A stretch of DNA of 64,000 bases. It comes from Raillietiella orientalis (Eukaryota). The first letter of the stretch is position 1. Each line of letters begins with the position of its first letter. The stretch spans positions 1,426,001 to 1,490,000 of the forward strand of contig JAYWIR010000005.1 of NCBI GenBank assembly GCA_036172245.1, written 5' to 3'. The translations under genes and the position numbers were made by a program. Under the pieces are notes generated by a model that was not told where the DNA came from, did no database searches, and saw only the letters and a list, made by a program, of their open reading frames with translations. Below are positions 11,984 to 22,699 of this stretch, piece after piece.

Positions 11984-12497
11984 AAGTAAATCAATAAATA
12001 GGTGAATGAATAAATGAATGAATAAATAAAGGAGGGAATAAATAAATGAACGAATCGATAAATAAATTGACAAAAAAACAAAAACGAGCGAACCAATCAG
12101 TGAATAAAAAACGAATTAATAAATAAATAAAAAACGGACAAGTGAAGAAATAAATAAACAAACGAACAAACGAATCAATCAATAAGTAAATAAATGAACG
12201 AATGAATCAATCGATAAACCAACGATCGAACGAATCGATAAATAAATGAACGAATCAACAAATAAGGAAATCAGTATCGATCGAATGAATGAATAAAAAA
12301 ATAAATAAATGAGCGAATAAATAAATAAATTGACGAATGAATCAATAGATGAACAAACGAATTGATAAGTACATAAAATGAATGAATGGATGAATAAATA
12401 AATAAATGAACGGATCAATAAATAAAGAAATCAGTGATCCATCGAATGAGCGAATAAAAACAAAAAAAAGATGAACGAACAAATGAATGTATAAATA
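11984..12497. repeat. Degenerate A-rich tetranucleotide tract (AATA/AATG/AACG/AATC units)
   Basis: About 500 bp of directly visible mixed 4-mer repeats; the ORFs over it are low-complexity F/I/Y strings. Confidence 0.9.
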
Positions 12498-13079
12498 CTG
12501 GTTTCCTGAGGATGTCCATCCAGCATGTGGAGCTGCCAATCCCGCAACCGGGGGCCTGCCATGGGGTTGGGATGGCTGGCTGGTGGCTCTGTGAGACGAC
12601 GGAAGCATTCCTTGATAAGGGTGATATTCTTGCACTGGAACTTGATGTGATGCTGAAGTATATACATCACTCGCCCTCGCCTGCCTGGATGAGCTGCAGT
12701 TCCTAAAATGTGGGGTTGTGGGAAATGGAAGTTCAACGCAGAATCACCTTCTTCTCGTAGCTGTCGGCTGATTCCTCGGTGTGGAGAGCCCCGCAGCCCC
12801 ATGGCCAAGGGTCCTGCTGCTGGCTGCAGTAGTCGACGGTTGATTGTGCGGATCCCTTGGCGTGTTCGAGATGACTACGATGAAATCGAGGGCGCCGCAT
12901 CCGTGGAGTGGTCCTTGGTTCATGCAGGTGTAAACATCCCTGTAGGTGTGGTGCCCCTGAGGCTGCACATTCTCGTCCGATGATTGCGTAAGATGCACTC
13001 TTGCGGTACCAGTTCTGGGTGTGATCGAGTTCGTCGTCGTTGTGGTGGAGCACCAGTTAGCATAGGCTGCGTAGGGCAT
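12490..13079 (-). pseudogene. rep: Endogenous CRESS DNA virus replication-associated protein (HUH endonuclease domain; helicase truncated)
   Basis: ATG at 13079. Motif I-like NWCST, then YAIIGRECAASGAPHLQG (motif II), HLEHAKGSAQSTVDYCS (motif III) and LRDWQ before the expected Walker A. At least two frameshifts; the frame runs into the A-rich tract. Confidence 0.88.
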
Positions 13080-13153
13080 AATGCAGGCATTTGCATGAAA
13101 ATAAAGACTGATTGTACTATGTCAGAGTGTGCAGTAAATATGGGTCGAGAGAA

Positions 13154-13192
13154 AAGGGCCATCTGGTAAATAGTATTACCCAGATGACCCTT
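13154..13192 (+). other. CRESS-virus rolling-circle origin stem-loop with nonanucleotide TAGTATTAC
   Basis: AAGGGCCATCTGG-TAAA-TAGTATTAC-CCAGATGACCCTT: 13-bp stem with one mismatch, nonamer at 13171-13179, ~75 bp upstream of the rep ATG. Confidence 0.9.
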
Positions 13193-13239
13193 GACCTTGG
13201 CCATGAAACTTAAATATTAGAGAGGATATTAGAGCTTCG

Positions 13240-14750
13240 CCGTGCTAGCGTTGCCACGGGAGTCCGTGGCACTCGCGGGGCCAGGGAGCGCGACGGCCCG
13301 CGTTGGAGGCCGTGTGGCTGCGGTCTCCATTAAGAAGAAGCAGAGGAAAGGTCCTGCAGGATGCTCTTGTGGCAGGATGCGTGCTGCCCAAAGATGCGAC
13401 CCCAGCTTCTCGGGAACTCTCTGGCTCTCTCTTTCCTCCCTCTAACGGAGCCAAGAAGCACCTATGGCCTCTGCAGCCGTCAGCCGACACTTCGCTCTTC
13501 GCCACTGGATCTGGACTGGAACGGGAAGTCCCGTTCATGATCTCTTGGAGGCGCTGGAGGGAGGAGCGGTGCAAAGGACAACCAGAAGGCAAAGAGGGAC
13601 AGCAAGCCCGGTGCGCAGGTAGTCGCCTGAGATGAGACTCGACGGGACCGGACAGATGCGCTGGACTGGCACTGCCTGACTCCGAGATGGGATTGGAGAC
13701 GCCCATTCGCGGCTGGAGACATCCGCGTTGCTGTGAGCGGCAAGTCCCCGCTGAAAGGTCGTGCGCACGATTCCGCCGCGGCCGGTGGACGCAGCAAGCG
13801 AAATGCCACGAACTCAGCATGACCCTTCAGGAGGAGAAAAACGCGAGCACGGATCAAAAATGAGGCGGGTCGGCGGGTTCCGGACCGGGGTGACTTTCCC
13901 CGCGCCGCGTCTTGGCCCCCGACCAGCAGGGCGGGTCCTTCCGTGACTCATTGGGCTGCGCATGTGATGGGATGCGCTTTTTGGTGTCGCCAGCCGCTGG
14001 TCATCCGGAACGCCAATACGGAACGGAGCACAGCCAAAGTCCTGCGGCCCTTCTTCGACCTGGTCTTCCTACAGGAAAGTCACGTCATTTCTCAGAAGGA
14101 CGCGACAGACATCAAAGCCCAACAAGGCGGCATTCTGTATTTCACGAGGGCACACGGGGAAGTTGCCCTCTGGTTTCTCCCGCATCCCGTTAGTGGGATA
14201 CAAAGGGCGCGTTCCGATAAGGCTGGTGAAGCTGGACACCCAAGGCTGGAACGACCCTACTTGCCGCGACCGAGGTCTTTCCATCCTCCAAACCTACGTA
14301 CCTCTTAGCGACCAGAGTGCGACGAAGAGAGCTCTCGCCGCAGGGAACTCCAAGGAACCGTGGCTTAGAGACCGTCATCCACGTGCTGACCGTTGGGATT
14401 TGGATGGTGTGGGTCAACCGTACAGTACTCGGAACGGCCCCCAATAGAGATGCAGTTTCCAGTATCCTGAACCTGGAACGGAGGGAGATAGTCTTTCCTA
14501 GACAATCGCCTGCCTTTCGCGGTTGGCAAGGAGAGAACAGGTGCGGACTCTGCTCTTAGACACCCCATACATGGACTCGCGCTTCTATCCAGCTCGAAAG
14601 AGCTCCGGGACTCAAACCTCTTCAAGGTGTCAGTCCAGGGACTCCGCCAGCAATATCCCACACCCAGTTGCTTACGTAGGAATTCGGAGGAGGGTTGGGA
14701 AAGCATCGCGCTTTTCTCCTGCATTCGCTAACGCCGGGACATCTATCGCA
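13240..14750 (+). mobile_element. Degenerate LINE 5' relic (ORF1 end and AP-endonuclease N-terminus)
   Basis: FDLVFLQESHVI in ORF 13943-14308 parallels FDLALLQEIHVI of the full-length copy. The rest is decayed and the boundaries are approximate. Confidence 0.55.
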
Positions 14751-14799
14751 AAATATCATTAACAACCTTCGACTAAGGAAGGTCTCAGTGGAACACACA

Positions 14800-14953
14800 A
14801 CCTACCTAAATGACCTACCTAACCTACCTCACCTCACCTAACCTGATGTACAGACCGAATGCAACTTAACCTAACCTAACCTAAACCTGACCCACCTCAC
14901 TAGCCCACCTACCTACTTGCCTATTTAAATTACGTCACCTAACCTAACCTAAC
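14800..14953. repeat. Degenerate (CCTAA)n / TTAGG telomere-like pentamer tract, left part
   Basis: Runs of AACCT/ACCT units such as TAACCTAACCTAACCTAAACCT. Confidence 0.75.
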
Positions 14954-15651
14954 TGAACCCTTTGAGTGCTAGGGACGCATCTATGCGTTTTTACCTTACA
15001 CTCGCGACATGAGTTAAGATCACCATCCATGTCTGAGATGGACGCATACATTTTCGTTCTTACGATTCCCTTGGCAACGACAGTAAGCAAAATTCTACTC
15101 ATATAGGCTAGCTGTCCTCGGTTTTTCTCGGTGTCTGTAGATACTGTTTTCTATCTTTGTGATACCTGAAAAAGTGGTGCCGTATATTATTTATTATATT
15201 GTTTTTTATCTTTGTGATTTCTTAAAAATGTCGAATAATTTTGAAGAGATTTCATTACGACCTCCTGTTGTACATGCTTGTCCTGCTTTGGGGCTATTGG
15301 GCTACAAAATTTCTAACATTCAACAAGAGATCGTAAAAATTCAACAAACGATGACAAGCACAAAATAACACAATAGGAATACAAATAACAAACAGTAATT
15401 ACAATACAAACAATCAGAACAATAATCACAAATTTACAATGCATGGTTATCACACACTTTTTGCAAGTTTTTAAACAGGCACAATACAATAAATACAATG
15501 CTAAAAGCACGAGAGTGTTATGAGTACACAGATAGGGGAAATGGGCAGATGGGTTCACAGGGAAGTTCATCTGGAACGTGAAAGCCTTCGGCAATGGACT
15601 GATTGTTCATGCCTTCCTGTGCAGTGAGCGTGCCCGTGCCTGAGGTGTTTG

Positions 15652-18600
15652 GCATCCGGGTGCGCCGGGGAGTTCATTTTAATAAGCAAGCAAACATGTG
15701 TAGGGCCCTCGGCCCTACAGCGTCCGAAAGAGTTCGGAACTTGCCGAGTAATTTCCACCCGGTTAATCCCGGGGCGTTTATTAAAAAACATTCTACATAC
15801 GTGGTACCAGGCCCCAACGCCGGACCTGCCGGGACGCAGCCCGACGTGGCTCTCCTCAGCAGTGGAAGGGATGGGGGAGAAAACAAAAAGAAAAATAAAA
15901 AGTAATGAAAACAAAAAGAAGTTGGAGGGCTGGGAAGGGATCACTGTGCACTGTGAGGAGGGCCCATCCTGCGAAGGAAGCCCTTTAAGTCCATTCGAAT
16001 TGTACCCAGCTGGGGCCATCCAGTAGCTCTGGTCAGGAAGCGAACAGCATACGGGATGACGTCCCTCTCGTTCTGGTCCACATCTTCGTCGGAGGCATCA
16101 CTCCACGCCTCCACAATGCCTCGGATGCAGCATAATGCTGCCACGGCTGCGGCTGGCTGCAGGACGTCCCGCACGAAGAGAAGTCGGAAAACGTCTCTGG
16201 GCGCGCTGCCCGTAGGGAGCCCTAGGGTCGTCCCAAACAGTTCCCACAGGGGTCGGAGGGCAGCACAGTCAACAAGAAGGTGGGGGAGCGATTCCCGCTC
16301 CCCACGCCGGGCACATTCAGGATTTACTCTCCCCCGGGTCCAGTGGAAGCAGCATGCATTGCAGGGTAGACCCCAATGCAACGTCAGCAGCGCCGACTCT
16401 TGCCACTTGAGGGGGAGAATCCTGGATCCAATTAAAACCGGAGGCTACTTCAGGTCATCCGTCGGGATGCCGAGCAGCTCGCCCCATCTTGCAAGTCCTC
16501 GCGGGAGGGCACTCGGGGTCGTGGCATCCGCCAGTTCTCCCGTGGTCCAGCCGTTTAACATCTCTCTGCCTGAGATCCGGCAGGAGACTTGCCACTTCGG
16601 CGTCCGGCCGCTGGTGAGAGCCCTCCGTAGAAGAAGCAGCGCCGTAGCTAAAGGGGTGGTCTCCGCCCACGTGCTTCTGGCGGGACAAATCAAAGTGGCC
16701 CGCAGAGTGCAGCAGGCGTTACTGCCGAATCGCAGGCGGTTCCAGTTTTCTTCTCTGGTGTTGTTCAACTTCGCCCACGTTCCAACGGTTTCCTCCAGCC
16801 AGGCGGAGGAGTTGGCGGGGCTGCATACTATCCAACCGTTCTCTCTCACCAGGGATTCCATGCGTCCGAGGAGAAGGCCGCATCTTCTAACCTTCCGGCC
16901 GCGGCACAGAAGATAGGACGCGAGCCCTTGCGTCCTGGAAACACGGCTGGCAAGGAGGCGGGCCGGAACGCACCAAGGGGTGCTCCACAACTTCGCTGCG
17001 ATGGCCAGGGTGCGCCATCGCAGCTGGATCTCCAAGCGCTCCAGCGTCAGGAGGCCAAGACCGCCGTCCCGACGAGGAGCGCATATGTCTTTCAGCTTTA
17101 CTCGGGGCCTTCCGTTGCTCCAAAGGGCAATACGGAGGAGGCCCTTGGTCCGCTTTTTCAACAGGGTATGGACGGGGCAAACAAAAAGCAGGGGTCGTAG
17201 GATGGGAGCCGCGAATGCGTTCCAAACCGCGGCCCGTTCCGGCAGAAGGAACTTGCCTTCCAGGAACGGGCCGATAGCCAGCTCTACCTTTTGGAGACGA
17301 CCTGACCAGGCTTCTGTTAAGCAGAAGTCCCCCAATGGAATACCCAGGTACTTCAGGTACCTGGCCGTGGGGATCCCCAAGCGGATCCAGTCAGGCCGTC
17401 CGACCCACGTCGCACCAACCGTTACCACCGACGACTTCGCCTTGTTAACCCGCAGTCCTGTCCCGCGGCTTAGCAGATCGAAGAAATCCTCGACTGCGGC
17501 TGCCGGGGCGGACATCGGCAGAAGATCGTCGGCGTATGCTGCTACAGCGGGCTTGCCGGGGCACGAGCTCGGCAAGGCAGCCAACGTCACCCTGTACGCT
17601 CTCAGCACCATCTCGAAATAGGTGCTAAAGAGCAGGGGACTGAGGCTATCGCCCTGCCGTATGCCCCGCCGCACCGGCACGCCGTACGCTATGATTCCAC
17701 TGAAATAAACATTGATCAGCGCGCTGCACCAGCATGAGCGCAGGTAGGAGAGAAGGGAGGGTGGGAAGCCCATGCGACCCAGGAGCTCCTGGTCAACGCA
17801 GTCGAACGCCTTGTGGAGATCGACCGCGATCCCTAGGGCCCCCTTCCCCGCCCGGGTTTCCATTCCCAGCCCAGCTGGCGCCCCCAAGGTGGGGTTGCCA
17901 ATCATTCGCCCATTCTCATTTAAACACCGCTGCACATGAAACCATGTGCTCGCGAAGAAGAGGTTGGCATCCATACTTCGCCCGGGAACAGCGTATGTCT
18001 GCTCCGGGCTAATTATGGAATTTGCCACCTGCCCCAAACGCGAAGTCCACAGCCCGGCAACCAACTTGGCGTCCGTGTTCACAATAGTGACCGGACGCCA
18101 GTTGTTTAATTTCCTGAGGTCTCCTCCTTTCGGAAGGAGCTTCACCCTGGCTGACCGAAAAGAGGCGGGAACATGGCCTTCGTCTTGCCGAGTAACCGGC
18201 ACGCAGGCCGGCGGGGTTCGGCTCGGCAGTGGAGGGGGAGGGGGCAAACAAAAAGAAAAAGAAAAGAAAAACGCAATTTACAAAAATAGGGAGGTCCGGG
18301 GAAGGGATCACGTTCCACTGCAGGCCGTCCTCTACATCCTTTCCAGGATGCGGGCAAGTTCCATCCGGATGCGTCCCAGATGGGGCCATCTGGCTGCCGT
18401 CCTCAGGAAGCCCAGGGTGGAGCAGATGGCGTTCTTATCGTGCTGCCCACCAGTGGCGTTGCTCCAGGCTGCCACAATCCCACGTAGACAGCAAAAGGCT
18501 GCAAGGGCTGCGGCAGGCGAAAGGCCATTGCGCACAAAGAGGCGCTTGAACATGTCTCTGGGAGCGTTCGCAGGTACACCTAGGGCCATTGCAAAACGCA

Positions 18601-18665
18601 ACCACAGGGGCCGGAGGGCAGCACAGTCAACAAGCAGATGCGGGAGGGATTCCTGTACCCCACAT
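15652..18665 (-). mobile_element. Short Tx1-like 3' copy split by a younger insertion (pieces 15652-15751 and 18184-~18665)
   Basis: LFVRNGLSPAAALAAFCCLRGIVAAWS peptide (18332-18601). The 3'UTR is continuous across the 12-bp TSD; terminal hairpin at ~15655-15677. Confidence 0.8.
15752..18183 (-). mobile_element. 5'-truncated Tx1-like LINE with a well-preserved RT domain
   Basis: ORF 16445-18247 contains NWRPVTIVN, AVDLHKAFD, RRGIRQGDSLSPLLF and AYADDL. CCHC finger in ORF 15941-16381. TSD CTTGCCGAGTAA at 15740-15751 and 18184-18195. Confidence 0.92.
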
Positions 18666-18669
18666 CTGA

Positions 18670-19540
18670 TGCTATCTTTACCAAGCTCACCTTGGAGCCC
18701 TCATTACATAACGACATAACTGCGTTGGAGGTTTGTTATTTGAACTGTTAGCCCAGCGATGGCCCGTCTCTTCGACTGACCGCAGAGTTGATGTTGTCAA
18801 CTCCACCTTAGAACATTTTTCTTCAAAATGCATCGACCGCGGTCATTTTAGACATCGTGGTGACGTTTGAAAATCGGTCTCCCTCGCTTGCCCGAGCTCG
18901 CGAGGTCAGAAAATCGAAATATACAGGAATTGAGGTCAGTCTTAAGGATCAAGTGTTCCATAACATCAATGATGCCATTGTGGTTGGTGCCTTTGTCTCC
19001 TGGGACCCCGAAAACGATAAGGGTTTAAAATTACTTGGCATCCCAGCATATACACCAAAGAACCTCGCCAATCACACCTGTAAAGAAATGATCAGCTTTG
19101 CACGTGATATTTACATCACTCACATTTCATTCCAGACGTCTCCGAACCCCAAAACCGAGGATGCTGAAATTCGACCTCAGGGCTTCTTCCCACATCACGA
19201 CTCCTTCCCTCATTCCTGTGGATCGTACGTCCCCCCCCCCTTCAGCACCCCACCCCCAGCATAAAACGTGAGCTAAGGTTTCTTTAGGACAGCTACAGCT
19301 CTGGCATTGCTCGAACTCTCCAGGTCATTTTCTATTACTATGTAATACTAGTTGATTTAATCGGGCACGATGAAGAAAGCACCAGTCAGCGAATCTTAGC
19401 CGGTCATATAGTGGGAGGAAAGGCATAGACGCGGGATGGAGACCAACACATTCGATTATTCTGTCTTGGTCAGGTCTGGCAAGTAGGGATGTTCCTTTAG
19501 GTCCCCAAAAGGAGGCACGGATGTCACGTGCCACCTGACG
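18670..19540. mobile_element. Utopia/NeSL-like (restriction-like endonuclease) retrotransposon C-terminal relic in two opposed pieces
   Basis: Minus strand ~19540-19260: RPDQ, RFADWCFLHRARLN, CQSCSCPKETLAHVL. Plus strand ~18670-19130: RHN, RVDVV, DIVVTFENR, RKSKY, AIVVGAFVSWDPEND, FARDIYITHI. Confidence 0.8.
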
Positions 19541-19544
19541 CCTA

Positions 19545-19902
19545 TTGGAAGGGTAGAACAAGAGACGACAGCGAAATGGATGAAGAGTCGGATTCGAAGG
19601 AAACATATGACAAAGTGAGTTCTTCATCGTCATCCGATTCTGAAGATATGAAAAGCATTTTAGAAAATGGGATAGCCAAATATAGATACAAAAAAAAAAA
19701 AAAAACGGCCCAGAGTACTGACCACATTCGCTGAAGAAGAGAATTCAGATTCAGTTCAGAGGAAACGGGCATTTCCCAGAAGACGCGTCGTGTTCGCAAA
19801 ACATAAGAAGGAAAGGAGTGTTACAGCATACGAATGTAAAAAACGAGACCTCGGACTGTGCGTTGATGTTTGGTGGTGCACCACACCCAAAGGAATTTCT
19901 GA
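19545..19902 (+). pseudogene. piggyBac transposase remnant: acidic N-terminal tract fused to a decayed C-terminal cysteine-rich domain
   Basis: DDSEMDEESDS...SSSDSED followed within ~150 bp by RRRVVFAKHKKERSVTAYECKKRDLGLCVD/CLVVHHTQRNF*. No DDD catalytic core is visible. Confidence 0.72.
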
Positions 19903-20149
19903 TTTATTCGAATTATGATTACAATTTTTAAATAAATATGTTTAGGAAAAATGAAGATATTTTATTTCATGTGGTGTGAATGAACGATCATAATAGTAAC
20001 TTTAATAAGCACTTTAGATAGTCAATCGGTACTAGGATAGAGCACGCGGTGCGCAAAAAGGCATTTCGTTCACAGATATTGCAACTGCGACTCGCGTGCC
20101 GTCAACAGAAAACGTTTAAATCTGATGAGCTCCACACCCAAAGGGTTAA

Positions 20150-20222
20150 TCAAACCTAACCTACAAACCAGATACAACCTGACCTTATCTACCTACCTAC
20201 CTGATCAACCTGCCTAACCCCA
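20150..20222. repeat. Degenerate (CCTAA)n-like tract, right part
   Basis: AACCTAACCT/ACCTACCT units resume immediately after the piggyBac TTAA. Confidence 0.65.
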
Positions 20223-20499
20223 GTAACGGAGCTAGCGCGTCTGGTTTAAAAGTCCGAGGCGCCAGGAAACCGGGAATGCTTGGGGCAGCGCCACGGTCCC
20301 ATCGTCCTCTCCGAGTTCCGCGCCGCTGGAAGAGGAAGCGGCAGGGTCGGGATCGCCGCGATAATCTAAAGAGATCTTGCGTTGCTGCAGGGCCGGTGTG
20401 CCAGCATCCACTTCGTTTGCTCCTTTCACGCGGATCACCCTCTTAGCATTCCTGGGCACGCGACGACGTTCATTGCTGCTGCCCACCGTTGTCTGTGAG

Positions 20500-22470
20500 G
20501 TACGCACATGCCTCCTATGGTTGATTACCCGGTTAACTTCCTATGGTGGGCTTCGCTGAAAGTTTGTCGGCTGTGCGGGCGATTGCCGGAGGCGCCGTGG
20601 TATTCAAACCACTCGAACTTGCTTCCATGTAGTCGTGCGATTCCCGCACGGTCGACGACTTCGTGCATTCCTAGCCGCAGTGCCTCTGCTCTGAGGCCAA
20701 ACAACGACCTTTGTGCCCCCGAGGAATTCTGGAGGCTGTATTGGGCGCTCTGTCATCCGGAGTACACCTCCGCGGACCTGCTGCGGCGTTTCTTCGCGCG
20801 TGACGGACTCTCGGACGGCGCTGTGATGGCAGCGAGGTGTTGCATCCGCCATCGTCATAGCCCGCGGAGCTTCGAGCTCAGAGAAGGGAGGCCTCTCGCA
20901 CGGCAGTTTCCTTGATGAGGACAGCTGTCAGGTGACCTCACCTCCAAGAAGTCTTCAGAAAGTGCTGCAGACTCTCGGTCCGTTCCAAGGAGGCAGATTT
21001 TACCTGCCGGAACCACGGTGTGGTACACGTTCGTGGCATTCTCTGCCCCCTGCTTTTTCTTTGCCCCCCACCGAGTAGCATTAAAAGGCGGACGAAAGAC
21101 CTGAGAATTGTATTGTGGGGCAAAGGAAGGCTCTGAGTCTGCCTAAAGGACTTGTGTGCTCCGCGTGGCGACGGCGACCTAGGCCTACTGATGCTCGAGC
21201 GAATGGAGCTGCAGCTCCAGTTTCGAACACTTGCCTTCCTGGCAAACCTCTGGAGCATCACCTGGTGTCAATCTGTCCTCTCCTCCAGCAAGCCACCGGC
21301 AGCGTGGGACTCCTGTCCTTCCTTGCGCGCCGTCCACGCAGCCTCATCCACTGCGGACTGCACCTTCGGCAGGTGACCATGGCGACGAGGAAAAACGGTT
21401 GGATCTCTTACCGTCCCGCGAACGGTGGTGCTTGGTTGCAGGATACCGTTCGCATGTGGGAGAGAATCCAGGAGCCAAGCGCGGAACAGGGGCGACGTTT
21501 CCTGTACGCGCGCAACAACTGCACGCTCCGGGAAATCCTGGCAGATCCCGTGAAGAGTGCATGGACAAGCAGAACCTCGCTCGCCGTCACGCTGCCCTAA
21601 TTTAGGGAAACATGGGCAGCAAACTCGCGGCAAAATGGGCCGAAATCCCCGGTAGGAGAAAGAAACTAGGCGATTGGACGACAGGTCAGCTAAAGGACAG
21701 TGCGAACTCGAGTGGTCCCCCTCGAGGCTACTGCGTTGGAGCGAGCTACTGGGTCTTCCAGTGGAAGGTCTGCAGTGTTTATAAACATCCGTACCCTCTT
21801 CTTGAAGTGGCAGAAGTTGGCGTTGATGCTGCTGCACCGGGACCTCCCGTGAAGCGCCCGCCGGCATCATTGGACGCAGGGGGAGGGGTGAACCTAAACT
21901 GTGCAAGGGGTGAACAGGGAGAGGAAAGCCCTCCCGCGCCTCCTAGTGGACCGTGTTGTCCTCCGGCCCCTTGGGTGACACTTTGTCTCAACCCTTGGTA
22001 ACCCCCGCAGCAACTTCAGAGACGTTGTAAGACTCCTCTTTGTGAGGGACGCCCTGCAGCCAACACTGTGTTGTCTCAGAGGGATCGTGGCGGCGTGGAG
22101 AGAGGTCAACAGAGGAGCGAAAAACAAGGACGCCATCCACTTGACTCTCCGCTTTTTGCGGGAAGCGGTCAGATGGCTCCACCTGGATAATAACATGAAA
22201 CAAGACCTTGCCGGCATCCTCTAAAGGATGCAGAGGATCCCCCCAGCAGGCTGTGATGCCTTCCCGTAACCCCCCAAAATTGTTTTATTTTTGTTTTTCT
22301 TTGTGTTCGTCCCTTCCTCTCTGCTGCCTTTTTGATCCTCACCTGTCTGCGGACCAGTAACACGGCAGGGTATCTACAGAAAGTACGTGGTTGGACCAAT
22401 GGTCCATCTACAAAAAACTGTAAATATTTATTTTAGTTTGAAATAAACGCCCTGGAGAACCCTAATGAAA
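20500..22470 (+). mobile_element. Degenerate Tx1-like copies (divergent C-terminal piece ~20500-20915 and a 3' half ~20940-22470)
   Basis: FFARDGLSDGAVMAARCCIR; CAPRGDGDLGLLMLERMELQLQFRTLA; CCLRGIVAAW. 3'UTR motif at 22324-22368 and AATAAA at 22442-22447. Confidence 0.8.
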
Positions 22471-22699
22471 ACTCTCCAAGTTGTCGTCAGCATCCAGCGC
22501 CAGCTCCAGGAAGAAAGGAATGAGTGATTGACACCAAACACCCCCTCCTTTTGATCCTTTACTGTCCCTTCCCTCCTGCTCCCGACTTTCTAAAAAGCCA
22601 GTCTGCGTGTCCGCAGTCCTTCCCTGCGAACTTGTGTTTTATTGCTGTTGTTTTCCAGGAACTCGATTCCCGGTGATTCGTAGGTTTATTTTTGCTTGA

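Larger units (their letters stand above)
14958..20145 (+). mobile_element. Internally deleted piggyBac-like DNA transposon hosting nested retroelements
   Basis: TIRs CCCTTTGAGTG (14958-14968) and CACCCAAAGGG (20135-20145), 10/11 match. TTAA at 20146-20149 and TGAA at 14954-14957. Transposase remnants lie inside. Confidence 0.8.

Noticed and set aside
11639..12418. Hydrophobic F/I/Y-rich ORFs resembling membrane proteins; repeat tract as a possible CRISPR array
   Set aside because: These are translations of a degenerate tetranucleotide microsatellite. There is no repeat-spacer periodicity and no cas gene, and the context is eukaryotic.
13200..13900. Possible CRESS capsid gene on the plus strand beyond the origin
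   Set aside because: No long Arg-rich-start ORF; the sequence looks like LINE ORF1 decay leading into an APE fragment.
14800..14953. True telomere or chromosome-fusion site
   Set aside because: Short, degenerate and interstitial, with no head-to-head arrays.
1632..18195. Sequence-specific self-targeting by the Tx1-like family
   Set aside because: The two resolved TSDs share no sequence and hit different parts of the host copies in different orientations.
16445..18247. 600-aa ORF as an intact RT gene
   Set aside because: Its N-terminus is read from the UTR of the host element across the TSD; the insert is 5'-truncated and lacks the endonuclease.
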